Part shown: piece after piece, positions 7,993 through 15,884 of the stretch
Numbering within the stretch: the stretch's first letter is position 1
Layout of the letters: the number at the start of each line of letters is the position of its first letter
Source: a virus
Length of the DNA stretch: 34,182 bases
Reading direction: 5' to 3' (one strand)
Virus genome (UHGV): UHGV-1063980
Notes under the pieces: model-generated
The model's database searches: none
Seen by the model: only the letters and a program-made list of their open reading frames with translations
What the model was told of the DNA's origin: nothing
Made by a program: the position numbers and the translations under genes

Positions 7993-8400
7993 TTAGTCCG
8001 TGTTTCGTGTTTTGCGTGGAGAACGGGAGCTCTGTACTCCTGCTTTATGAGCTTCCTGAACGGCCCATTTTGCAATTCCGTCTGCCGTAGGTTCAAATCC
8101 GTTTTGCGCAGCCCAAGCAGCAAATTGTCCGTAGGTTTCAGCATCCAGTTTCAGAACAAGGTCCAAGGCGCCTTTGCATTCACCCGTAACATCGGGAGAG
8201 GAAGGCTCCATCAGTTTTTTTATCAGCTCCGCCTTGGCAGGAGGAATTACCCCGGCTTTCTTCATCCAGTCGTCCACCGTACCCTTTTCAACAAAGAGCT
8301 GCTTTGCTAGCCAGAATCGATCTCTACCATTGTCTTTGAGCCAGCATTTTACAGATTCCTTGAAATCTTCCATGGCCTCAAGATAGAGATTTTTCACCAT
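7993..8400 (-). CDS. HTH DNA-binding regulator, candidate prophage repressor
   Basis: RFWLAKQLFVEKGTVDDWMKKAGVIPPAKAELIKKL resembles an XRE/Cro-C1 type helix-turn-helix. Divergent from the early + strand genes, with operator-like repeats in the shared intergenic region. Confidence 0.55.
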   Translation of the reverse strand: MVKNLYLEAMEDFKESVKCWLKDNGRDRFWLAKQLFVEKGTVDDWMKKAGVIPPAKAELIKKLMEPSSPDVTGECKGALDLVLKLDAETYGQFAAWAAQNGFEPTADGIAKWAVQEAHKAGVQSSRSPRKTRNTD

Positions 8401-8426
8401 TCTGCAAGATTAAAAATCAAGACATA

Positions 8427-8500
8427 GCGAAAATGCACCATTTTTTTGGTTGACGAATAGTGAAAATCCGCTAAATATATACATGTCAACCAGCGAAAAA
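8427..8500. promoter_or_regulatory. Three direct repeats AG(C/T)GAAAA(T/A) at 33-bp spacing, plus a TTGACG...TAAATA promoter-like element
   Basis: GCGAAAAT at 8427-8434, GTGAAAAT at 8460-8467, GCGAAAAA at 8493-8500. TTGACG at 8450-8455 is followed about 17 nt later by TAAATA. The region lies between the divergent repressor gene and the + early genes. Confidence 0.4.
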
Positions 8501-8514
8501 CCCCCATTATAACC

Positions 8515-8691
8515 ATGATCGAAATCAAAATCCCCATCGAAAAAATTGCCGCAGACAAAGCGGCAAGTAAAGCACTCATCCAAGAGTGCGTTGAATCCGG
8601 AAAGGCTCCGGAAGAAGCCTTCCTTGCCATTCTCAAGAGGCGCGGTCTTCCCCCAACCCAGAAAAAGAACCCCGAAACCGCCAACCGATAA
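8515..8691 (+). CDS. Small protein (58 aa), first gene of the rightward early transcript; Cro-like by position only
   Basis: ATG 8515 to TAA 8689-8691: MIEIKIPIEKIAADKAASKALIQECVESGKAPEEAFLAILKRRGLPPTQKKNPETANR. Below the 60-aa cutoff of the ORF track. Confidence 0.3.
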   Translation: MIEIKIPIEKIAADKAASKALIQECVESGKAPEEAFLAILKRRGLPPTQKKNPETANR

Positions 8692-8702
8692 ATATGGATT
8701 AC

Positions 8703-9188
8703 TTAGCTCAGCAAGTGGGGATTCTTTTTGAGATACTCCCAGGCAACATCGGTGATGTTGACGTCAAACCCGGTCACAATGCTTCCATAAAAGGAGAGCC
8801 GAATAAGAATGCCGGCTGCTATCAGACCATTTACGATGCCGTCCCTATCATCAAATCTCTGTGTGCGGGTATCGAAGAAGATATATCTGAGAAGAACATC
8901 TTTCTCTTTTGGAGTGAGAGCATGGAGACGCTTGATCACCTTTTTACGGGATTTTGCCTCGGCGTAAGAGGATTTGATTATATTCCAAACCCTTTCCAGC
9001 AGGGCGCATCCGGAAAAAAGGAATACGTACCCCGCAATATTGCGGTAATCATGATCCGCATAGCTGATATGCAGGGCCTCAAGAAGGCTTTGAGGAGCGA
9101 AAAGATAAACTGCCGCTGCGGAAAAGATTATGCCTGCATAATTGCAAGCGAATTTAAGCAGTTCTGCCAAGTATTGGAAAAAAACCAT
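8703..9188 (-). CDS. Membrane protein, SieB-like superinfection exclusion candidate
   Basis: Two N-terminal hydrophobic helices (AGIIFSAAAVYLFAP, YVFLFSGCALL). Then HALTPKEKDVLLRYIF...DDRDGIVNGLIAAGILIRL, which resembles the LTP.EK.VLREF...GIL pattern I recall for SieB-family proteins. The fully overlapping + strand ORF 8694..9203 is the alternative. Confidence 0.4.
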   Translation of the reverse strand: MVFFQYLAELLKFACNYAGIIFSAAAVYLFAPQSLLEALHISYADHDYRNIAGYVFLFSGCALLERVWNIIKSSYAEAKSRKKVIKRLHALTPKEKDVLLRYIFFDTRTQRFDDRDGIVNGLIAAGILIRLSFYGSIVTGFDVNITDVAWEYLKKNPHLLS

Positions 9189-9256
9189 AAACCCAGAGGA
9201 TAGGCTTAAACGGATGTATAGGCAACAGCTTTTACATTAAACCAATAAGAAAAAAC

Positions 9257-10048
9257 ATGAACAACAACATAGTACCATTCAACAATGCCGCGCTTGGCTG
9301 TTCTATCCGGACAGTCATCATCAACGAAGAACCGTGGTTCGTCGCGAAAGATGTTTGCGATGCACTTGAAATTGGACGTCATCAAGACAGTACTCGCTAT
9401 CTTGATGACGATGAAAAGGGGGTGTTTACTAAACACACCCTTGGAGGTCCCCAGCAAGTATCAATCATCAATGAATCCGGGCTCTACTCTCTGATTCTCC
9501 GCTCCCGCAAGCCGGAGGCGAAGAAGTTCAAGAAGTGGGTAACTGAAGAAGTCCTCCCGACGATACGCAAACACGGCATCTACGCCACAGGCGAGAAACT
9601 TCTTGAACTGATTTCCAAGCCGGAGAACGCACTTAAAGTTTTCCAAGCTCTCAAAGATGAACAGGACAAGAGGAAGTCTCTTGAAGCGAAGATAGAAGAG
9701 GACGCGCCCTACACGGAATTCGGAAAGAGCGTGGAAGTTTCCGAAGGCTGCATGCTGATAGGAGAATTCGCCAAGGTCCTTGCGCAGAACGGAAGGGAAA
9801 TCGGACAGAACCGCCTTTTTGAGCTGCTTCGAAATGAAGGCATCCTCGGGAAGGTTGGAAATCGCCGCAACGTCCCGTCACAGGAACATGTGGAAGCCGG
9901 TCGTTTCCGTCTCAATTACCGGATTATCCAACATGCGAGCGGAAGAGTGGAAAGTAAAGCAACTCCGTATCTGACGCCGAAGGGTCAAGTATGGCTTTTG
10001 AAGCGGATGACGGGGAATAAAACCGAGCAGAAGGAGGCGAAGAAGTGA
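9257..10048 (+). CDS. Phage antirepressor, Bro-N domain plus KilA-C/ORF6C-type C-terminal domain
   Basis: The N-terminus (VRTVIINEEPWFVAKDVCDALEI ... DDDEKG ... IINESGLYSLILRSRKPEAKKFKKWVTEEVLPTIRKHG) is a textbook Bro-N domain. The C-terminal half (GEFAKVLAQNGREIGQNRLFELLRNEGIL) is antirepressor-like. Confidence 0.85.
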   Translation: MNNNIVPFNNAALGCSIRTVIINEEPWFVAKDVCDALEIGRHQDSTRYLDDDEKGVFTKHTLGGPQQVSIINESGLYSLILRSRKPEAKKFKKWVTEEVLPTIRKHGIYATGEKLLELISKPENALKVFQALKDEQDKRKSLEAKIEEDAPYTEFGKSVEVSEGCMLIGEFAKVLAQNGREIGQNRLFELLRNEGILGKVGNRRNVPSQEHVEAGRFRLNYRIIQHASGRVESKATPYLTPKGQVWLLKRMTGNKTEQKEAKK

Positions 10049-10323
10049 AAGCTCTGGCCGCCCTCGTCTTCTCCTGCCTTGTTCTGTGCGCCTGTAACCC
10101 ACGTCCTCATGACTACCTTTCACAAGGAAATGAGGAATGGATTATCAAGATCGAACAGCCAGGTCTCCGCGATATTTCTTTTTACACTAACGACCGTGAG
10201 TGCGTGCAGACAATAGAGGCATATAAAACTGATATTTATGGCTATCTGGTCACTAAACCGGACGGTGAGGAACTCTTTATATCCGGCACCGCGAGAATAA
10301 CACGAAAGGAGGTGAAACAATGA
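10045..10323 (+). CDS. Small secreted protein, probable lipoprotein (92 aa)
   Basis: GTG start with AAGGAGG 7 nt upstream. Signal peptide MKALAALVFSCLVLCAC with a lipobox-like LCAC. The start overlaps the antirepressor stop. Confidence 0.55.
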   Translation: MKALAALVFSCLVLCACNPRPHDYLSQGNEEWIIKIEQPGLRDISFYTNDRECVQTIEAYKTDIYGYLVTKPDGEELFISGTARITRKEVKQ

Positions 10324-10487
10324 TCATTGAATACGATAACGACAACAAGTGTATCCGGATAAATGGAGAATACCTCCCCATCCGGGAAGCGGAGGGCATC
10401 AAGGACGAGTTGGAATTAGCGATTGACCAATGGGAAGTTGACCACGCCCCGCAGTGCGACAACCCGGACGGACACTACGACGACTAA
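10320..10487 (+). CDS. Small acidic protein (55 aa), hypothetical
   Basis: ATGA overlap with the upstream stop. AAGGAGG lies 7 nt upstream of the ATG. Product MIIEYDNDNKCIRINGEYLPIREAEGIKDELELAIDQWEVDHAPQCDNPDGHYDD. Confidence 0.45.
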   Translation: MIIEYDNDNKCIRINGEYLPIREAEGIKDELELAIDQWEVDHAPQCDNPDGHYDD

Positions 10488-10625
10488 ACGACTTTTAACC
10501 AATCGCCCGGCCCAGGTGGGGCCTAAAACCAAAACCAAAATACAAATCGAAACGGAAAAGAGTAATACGGTCTGGCAGGCGCGGGGATTAAATCCCGTCC
10601 GGGCGGCCAATTTAGAAGAACGAAC

Positions 10626-10937
10626 ATGAGCGAAAACAAAACAACAATGACCACCCTTGCGACCGCGCTGGAAACGCTGGCCGGAGTATTGCGGGAGCTG
10701 GCAACCACGCCTGTTCCTTCTACGCCGGAATCGTCTTCCGTTTCCCTTTTCGGAGCAACCGAAAAAAAGTACGCACGCAGCTCCACATTAGCCATTTACT
10801 ATGACATTTCGTCCCGTCAGATGGACAACATCCTCGCACGGGCCGGGAAGAACATAAGAAGGCTGGAAGGGGTTGGAAAAGGAACCCTTTACAACATGGA
10901 AGACGTGGAAAAATACTTAACCAACAACAGAAAATGA
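10626..10937 (+). CDS. Putative excisionase-like HTH DNA-binding protein
   Basis: C-terminal half (KKYARSSTLAIYYDISSRQMDNILARAGKNIRRLEGVGKGTLYNMEDVEKYL) fits an HTH_17/excisionase-type pattern. The match is weak. Confidence 0.45.
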   Translation: MSENKTTMTTLATALETLAGVLRELATTPVPSTPESSSVSLFGATEKKYARSSTLAIYYDISSRQMDNILARAGKNIRRLEGVGKGTLYNMEDVEKYLTNNRK

Positions 10938-11329
10938 CTACGTATCAACATCTGATCGACCGGGGTCCATACAAGGGGATGGTGGAAACGCTCACCGACA
11001 ACCCGCACCCGTCCAAGACGGCCCGCTGTTACATGTGCGCCGAGCCGCTGAAAGCTTCGACTTCATGGATGTCTCTGGTAGGGGACCATCAGAACGGCGT
11101 CTTCTGCGCCCGGTTTCTGTGCCCTTTGTGCGCTCGGGAACGGTTAAACGGCATCCCGGACGACGCGGAACGGAGCTGGAACTACACCCAAGAAGCCAAG
11201 CCCAAAGTCTTCTGGATAGAAAGGCTCTTTGAAAAGTTCATGGCCTTTTTTGTGTGGTCTCTGATCGTCTTGGCAGGAGGATTTATCTTATTTGTCTTCT
11301 TCCAGCTGATGAAAACCTTTTTTAACTGA
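10934..11329 (+). CDS. Cys-rich (CxxC...CxxC) protein with C-terminal TM helix, hypothetical
   Basis: CYMCAEP ... CPLCARE zinc-ribbon-like pairs. C-terminal FFVWSLIVLAGGFILFVFFQLM. ATGA start overlap with the upstream gene. Confidence 0.5.
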   Translation: MTTYQHLIDRGPYKGMVETLTDNPHPSKTARCYMCAEPLKASTSWMSLVGDHQNGVFCARFLCPLCARERLNGIPDDAERSWNYTQEAKPKVFWIERLFEKFMAFFVWSLIVLAGGFILFVFFQLMKTFFN

Positions 11330-11346
11330 TTAACAAAATAAATAAA

Positions 11347-11916
11347 ATGGAATTTAAAGATTGCACTGTCGGAACAAAAGTACAAATCAAAGGTACAATA
11401 ATTGAAGGGATAAAAGATAACCTATCCGTGCATGTCCGGTTGCCCAACGACCAAGAAACATACATCAGGCCCTGCGACCTTGAAAAAGATTCTTCGAAAT
11501 ACGACCCGAAGAGGAAATTCAGAAAGGGCGATATAGTCAGGCCCGATTACAAGGGAAGAAAATGGGCTAGCATGCTTGACGAAGGTATAGATTATGAAGT
11601 TCTAGAAGATGAAAGCCACGATGGACAAGTACTCATTAAGATAGATAAACGTATTGACCCAAACGGAAGAGGGTTTGTGGATTTTTCGAGGTTAGCTTTG
11701 ATTCAGCCAATAGAGAAAAGACCGTGCCCTTATTATATCTACGAGAGTCGTAATTGCTTTAAAATTCGCGTTAAACTGACGGATAAAATCCACCCAGTGG
11801 TTTATTGCGTGTTTTTTGGAGCCGGCACGGGAGTGACCAAAAACGAGGCCCGACTAAAAGCTCAAGATCTTTGGTTTGAAAAGCGTCGCGAGTACCGCGA
11901 ATCCTTGAAAAACTGA
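11347..11916 (+). CDS. Hypothetical protein (189 aa) in an AT-rich island; C-terminus weakly dsRBD-like
   Basis: No strong motif. C-terminal VVYCVFFGAGTGVTKNEARLKAQDLW resembles the GxG..K..A(K/R)..AA end of dsRNA-binding motifs. The region is AT-rich. A hairpin (AGCCGGGT...ACCCGGCC) follows at 11928-11956. Confidence 0.5.
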   Translation: MEFKDCTVGTKVQIKGTIIEGIKDNLSVHVRLPNDQETYIRPCDLEKDSSKYDPKRKFRKGDIVRPDYKGRKWASMLDEGIDYEVLEDESHDGQVLIKIDKRIDPNGRGFVDFSRLALIQPIEKRPCPYYIYESRNCFKIRVKLTDKIHPVVYCVFFGAGTGVTKNEARLKAQDLWFEKRREYRESLKN

Positions 11917-11977
11917 AACAAAATAGCCGGGTCAGCGGCAACTGAACCCGGCCTGTTACAACACAACATGAACGAAG

Positions 11978-12910
11978 ATGAGTAACGAACCAATAAATAA
12001 ACTCAATTTGCCTCAAAATCCAGTCCCAAAAAAGACACTCTATGAAATTGTCATGTCGGAAGACATGAAAAACGCCATAACGGGACTCGTTGAGGGGATG
12101 ATGACGCCGGAACGCTGCATCAGCATCTTCTGGCACTGCTGCCAGAAGACCCCGCAACTGCAGAAATGCGCCCCTGTGACGCTGATTGCCGCCCTCAAGA
12201 ACCTCCTGATGATGCGTTGCGAGCCGGACGGCATCCACGGCTATCTGGTGCCCTTCTGGGTCAACGATAAGTCAAGCGGACAGTCAATCTTAACTTGCGC
12301 AGCGATACCTTCCGCCCGGGGGCTGATGCGTATGGCCCGCTCCAATGGTGTCACCAATCTTAACATCGGCATTGTCCGGGAAGGAGAGCCGTTCTCCTGG
12401 CGCCTGGATGACGGCAAATTCACGATGGGTCATATACCGGGATGGGACGATACCAAAGATCCCATCAGGGGCTTTTACTGCACATGGACAGACAAGGACA
12501 GCTATTTGCATGGGGAACGTATGAGCCTGCACGCCGTTGAGGAAATCATGCACCGAACCAAATCAAGGAACAAGAAAGGGGAAATAGTGGGGCCGTGGGT
12601 GACCGACTTTGATCAGATGGGGCTGAAAACCGTCATCAAGCGTGCCTCCAAGCAATGGGATTTGCCTCTGTGCATCCAGGAAGCGTTGCAGAGCGCCGAC
12701 GATCATGAATTCGCCAAGGAAATGAGGAATGTGACACCGAACAAGGAAGAAAACGAGGAAATAGACCCCTTTAATCCGCCCGAACCGGAGGAAAAACAGT
12801 CCCCGGTGACGGAAGGATTGCCTGAACCCAAAGAACAGACGGACGATTTTTTTGAATGCATGAATGTGCCACAGCGCAAATTCGTGCCAGCCAATAGAGA
12901 GGACTATTAA
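11978..12910 (+). CDS. recT: RecT-family single-strand annealing protein
   Basis: The region GYLVPF ... ILTCAAIPSARGLMRMARSNGV ... IVREGEPFSWRLDDGKFTMGHIPGWDDTKDPIRGFYCTWTDKDSYLHGERMSLHAVEEIMHRT ... GPWVTDFDQMGLKTVIKRASKQWDLP follows the RecT signature order. Confidence 0.8.
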   Translation: MSNEPINKLNLPQNPVPKKTLYEIVMSEDMKNAITGLVEGMMTPERCISIFWHCCQKTPQLQKCAPVTLIAALKNLLMMRCEPDGIHGYLVPFWVNDKSSGQSILTCAAIPSARGLMRMARSNGVTNLNIGIVREGEPFSWRLDDGKFTMGHIPGWDDTKDPIRGFYCTWTDKDSYLHGERMSLHAVEEIMHRTKSRNKKGEIVGPWVTDFDQMGLKTVIKRASKQWDLPLCIQEALQSADDHEFAKEMRNVTPNKEENEEIDPFNPPEPEEKQSPVTEGLPEPKEQTDDFFECMNVPQRKFVPANREDY

Positions 12911-12913
12911 GCC

Positions 12914-13582
12914 ATGTTGGATCTTGAAAATATAGTCATCTATGATGACGTGCCGCAACGTAGCGACCTGTGGTTTAAGCTGCGTTCTGGGCATCTGACC
13001 GCCAGCAATCTTGACCGGCTGATCACTCCCAAAACAGGGAAACCGTCAGCCCAGCAGGATGATTTAATCATTGAATTGTGCTGCTCCTGCCTCCGTCCGG
13101 ACGAAATCAAATTTGAAGGGAACTTTCACACGGACCGCGGCGAAGCCCTTGAACCGGAAGCCCGTGAACTCTTCACAGAATTGACCGGGAAGAAGGTGCT
13201 GGAAGTGGGCTTTATCCGCCGCAAAAAAGCGCCCATAGGGTGCAGCCCTGACGGGCTAGTGGGTGATGCCCTAGAAGCCGTGGAAGCTGGCCTTGAAATC
13301 AAGTGCCCTCTCTCCAAGCATCATGCCCGGTATCTGCTGGACGGCGTATTGCCGGACAAATACAAACCCCAGGTGCACGGCTCCATGGCGGTGACTGGCT
13401 TGCGTGCATGGTATTTCCTCTCCTATTGCCCCGGCCTGCGTCCGTTTTTAATCAAGGTGGAATGGGACGAGTACACCGACCGTATCAAGGCGGCTCTGGA
13501 CGAATTCGGCCCAAAATACCTTGAGGCTTACACTCGCATTATGCCCCAAATCCGCCCGGACACAGAAGGGAGGGCGGCATGA
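12914..13582 (+). CDS. YqaJ-like viral recombinase/exonuclease (PD-(D/E)xK, lambda Exo-like)
   Basis: QRSDLWFKLRSGHLTASNL, TDRGEALEPEARELF, SPDGLVGD and GLEIKCPLS are YqaJ hallmarks. Adjacent to recT. Confidence 0.8.
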   Translation: MLDLENIVIYDDVPQRSDLWFKLRSGHLTASNLDRLITPKTGKPSAQQDDLIIELCCSCLRPDEIKFEGNFHTDRGEALEPEARELFTELTGKKVLEVGFIRRKKAPIGCSPDGLVGDALEAVEAGLEIKCPLSKHHARYLLDGVLPDKYKPQVHGSMAVTGLRAWYFLSYCPGLRPFLIKVEWDEYTDRIKAALDEFGPKYLEAYTRIMPQIRPDTEGRAA

Positions 13583-13923
13583 GGACTATGGCAAGAGCGA
13601 TCCACCGGCCCGGAGTGATGAACAAGACGGAAGCCGACTATGGCTTTTACTTGTCCAGCCTCCAAGCCAAGGGAGAGATAAGGGAATTCAAGTTTGAGGC
13701 CGTCAAACTGATCCTTGGGAGCCGATGCTCCTACACACCCGACTTCATGGTCGTCCGTCCTGACGGCACCCTTGAATTCCACGAAGTGAAAGGCTTCTGG
13801 CGTGACGATGCCCGGGTAAAAATCAAGGCGGCGGCTGATAAGTTCCCCTTTGTTTTTGTAGCTGTTCAAAAAATGAAAACAGGCTGGAACGTGGAAATCA
13901 TACAAGAAGGAGATATTAAATGA
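13579..13923 (+). CDS. DUF1064-like phage protein (possible resolvase/nuclease-like)
   Basis: Pattern SE.DY ... YTPDFMVVRPDGTLEFHEVKGFW ... RVKIKAAADKFPFVF resembles DUF1064. ATGA overlap with the upstream gene. Confidence 0.5.
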   Translation: MRTMARAIHRPGVMNKTEADYGFYLSSLQAKGEIREFKFEAVKLILGSRCSYTPDFMVVRPDGTLEFHEVKGFWRDDARVKIKAAADKFPFVFVAVQKMKTGWNVEIIQEGDIK

Positions 13924-14327
13924 AAACGCTTCAATGCCCTATTTGCGGCACACCTTTGAAAGCCATACGAGGATATGATGTTCAGGGAATAACAACCGAC
14001 TGGGTTGCTGGTTGCTACAACTGCTTCTTCCAGAGTTCCCATTTTTGGAAAAGCAAGAAGGCATGTATTGAAGATATGGATAGGCTTGTTTCTCTGTTCC
14101 CCCCCTTCATGCGGGTCTGGCCGGGGGATAAGGTGAAACTCTACGAAGACCGGCATCCTAAAAAGATCATCGGAAAGAACGCAGACCGGGGGATTCTTTA
14201 TCTGGAAACGGCTTCCGGGCCGCCTGAACCCGTGCGGCAGGACGATGTAGAGCTGTGGCCGTGGGAGATTGAGAAGATTGAGGCTTATAAATATTGGGAA
14301 CTCGATCAGAAAGGAGGGGACGAATAA
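13920..14327 (+). CDS. Zinc-ribbon protein, hypothetical
   Basis: N-terminal CPICG ... CYNC. ATGA overlap with the upstream gene. Confidence 0.5.
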   Translation: MKTLQCPICGTPLKAIRGYDVQGITTDWVAGCYNCFFQSSHFWKSKKACIEDMDRLVSLFPPFMRVWPGDKVKLYEDRHPKKIIGKNADRGILYLETASGPPEPVRQDDVELWPWEIEKIEAYKYWELDQKGGDE

Positions 14328-14581
14328 TGAAACGGAATCCTCACATCATCGTCCAGCAGGTCTGCCCCATGAAGAAAACCGACGATGGGAAATATGAAGT
14401 TCAGGCCGCGATTGTGCACCACAAAGGGATTATCGCCCGCTATCGCATGGAGTACCCCACGAAACGTCATGCCCGGTGGGCGCAGCACCTTATTTGCACG
14501 ACAAAAAATCATACACGTCTGCGAGCATTTGATGAATTAAGGGCCATCATTGACGGAAAGGAGACAAATGATGCTTTTTGA
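14327..14581 (+). CDS. Hypothetical protein (84 aa)
   Basis: ATG at 14327 overlaps the upstream TAA, with AAGGAGGGG 7 nt upstream. The 14294 start in the ORF track is an in-frame upstream extension. Confidence 0.5.
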   Translation: MKRNPHIIVQQVCPMKKTDDGKYEVQAAIVHHKGIIARYRMEYPTKRHARWAQHLICTTKNHTRLRAFDELRAIIDGKETNDAF

Positions 14582-14729
14582 TATTATACAGCTTTTCGTT
14601 ATATTGGCCACCATTGCTGTCTTTGGGTATTACTATTACCTGGCAGGCAAGATTAAAGGTTTTCTAGATGCTATAAGAGTTTTTATAGAATACAGCGACG
14701 ATGAACCAAGAAAGGATGATAATAAATGA
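14568..14729 (+). CDS. Small hydrophobic peptide (53 aa, one TM helix)
   Basis: AAGGAG lies 6 nt upstream of the ATG. Product MMLFDIIQLFVILATIAVFGYYYYLAGKIKGFLDAIRVFIEYSDDEPRKDDNK. Strongly AT-rich. Confidence 0.4.
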   Translation: MMLFDIIQLFVILATIAVFGYYYYLAGKIKGFLDAIRVFIEYSDDEPRKDDNK

Positions 14730-14830
14730 TAATTATTGATTTATTTGATATTATCACGGTTTCAGTTTTAATCGTGTTGGGGATTATTTTAATTATCCAA
14801 TATATTATATTCAAAATAAAAGAAAAATGA
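14726..14830 (+). CDS. Tiny hydrophobic peptide (34 aa)
   Basis: ATGA overlaps at both ends. Product MIIIDLFDIITVSVLIVLGIILIIQYIIFKIKEK. Extreme AT content. Confidence 0.3.
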   Translation: MIIIDLFDIITVSVLIVLGIILIIQYIIFKIKEK

Positions 14831-15495
14831 ATGCTGAACAGAAAGCTTTTTACGAATACGGAGAAGCCCGCGGCATCCTGAAAGAGCGGAAAAGCCTCAT
14901 GCGCTTCACGGAAGGCTACGGGGAATGCAGCGATTACCACGGAGAACCCCGAATAATGTACGGAGTTGAAGATGCCATTAGGGACGCCTGGCAGAAGCGG
15001 GCCGCGTGCCGGGCCAAGGCTGTGTGCCATGAGGCAGCGGCCCTGGTGGAGCAGGCGTCTTTGATTACTACGGAGAGGGATAAGTGGGAGTTGTTTTCCC
15101 CTGCCGAGAAGGTGAAGGCTTACCGCCTGGCGAAGACGGCAAAGAAATGGGCGGCGGCTGTGGATTACCGGTTTGAACAGGATGTGGCCGCCGGCCTGAT
15201 TCCCGGTTTTGAGATGGCGCCCGGACGCACCAGTTTCACGGTAACGGATCCTTCCGGGGCGTTTTCCGCGTTGAATGCCGTGTTCCCGGACGAGGTGACG
15301 GCGGAAGCGTTTGCCGGATGCTGCAAAGTCGGCATCACGGAACTGGACAGACTGGTGCACGCGGTCCGTAAAGCGGCGGATCCGAAGGCGACCACGAAGG
15401 CCAGCCGCGAATGGCTGCGGCAGTTGCTGGCGAAGTACGGCGAATCGAAAACCACGAAGGGTTCCGTGAAGGAAGTGGAAGGAGGTGCGGCATGA
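14827..15495 (+). CDS. Hypothetical phage protein (222 aa)
   Basis: Long ORF, ATGA-coupled to the upstream micro-ORF and to rusA downstream. No motif recognised. Confidence 0.55.
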   Translation: MNAEQKAFYEYGEARGILKERKSLMRFTEGYGECSDYHGEPRIMYGVEDAIRDAWQKRAACRAKAVCHEAAALVEQASLITTERDKWELFSPAEKVKAYRLAKTAKKWAAAVDYRFEQDVAAGLIPGFEMAPGRTSFTVTDPSGAFSALNAVFPDEVTAEAFAGCCKVGITELDRLVHAVRKAADPKATTKASREWLRQLLAKYGESKTTKGSVKEVEGGAA

Positions 15496-15884
15496 TGACC
15501 ACATTGACCATTACCTTGCCCCACACGCCGCGCTGCCTGTCTCCCAACGCCAAGGCCCCTCTCACGCAGAGGGGGGCCATTGTGGCCGGTTACAAGAAGA
15601 CGGCCGCCAAGCGCCGCGCCCGGACCATGGACGGCGCCGTGACGCTGGAAGCCCTGGGAGGCCACAAGATGCAGCCGACGCATTACCGGGTGATCTGGTT
15701 TTACAAGGGCAATAAACCGGACGCGGACAACTGCCTTGCCCGCTGCAAGGCGTACCTGGACGGAGCCTGCAAGGCCCTGGGCATTGATGACCGGACGCTG
15801 GACTGTGCCGGGATTGACCGGGTGCATGACCTGGCCCGCGCCGGACAGGTGGAAATCGTGTTTGAAAGGAGGGCGAGTGAATGA
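15492..15884 (+). CDS. rusA: RusA-family Holliday junction resolvase
   Basis: GNKPDADNCLARCKAYLDGACKALGIDDRTLD matches the RusA KPD.DN..K...DAL motif. The ATG at 15492 has GGAAGGAGGTG upstream. The track start at 15411 is an upstream extension. Confidence 0.8.
   Translation: MMTTLTITLPHTPRCLSPNAKAPLTQRGAIVAGYKKTAAKRRARTMDGAVTLEALGGHKMQPTHYRVIWFYKGNKPDADNCLARCKAYLDGACKALGIDDRTLDCAGIDRVHDLARAGQVEIVFERRASE

Noticed and set aside
8694-9203. + strand ORF overlapping the SieB-like gene
   Set aside because: Not fully rejected. It starts 2 nt after the preceding stop, which favours it. The minus-strand product has clearer protein features (TM helices, SieB-like motif). It is kept as the alternative, not called.
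10488-10625. Small GGGATT-A-AATCCC and GC-rich inverted repeats in the intergenic region before the excisionase-like gene
   Set aside because: Short stems with minimal loops and no adjacent T-tract. Likely incidental, or a weak regulatory element that cannot be supported.
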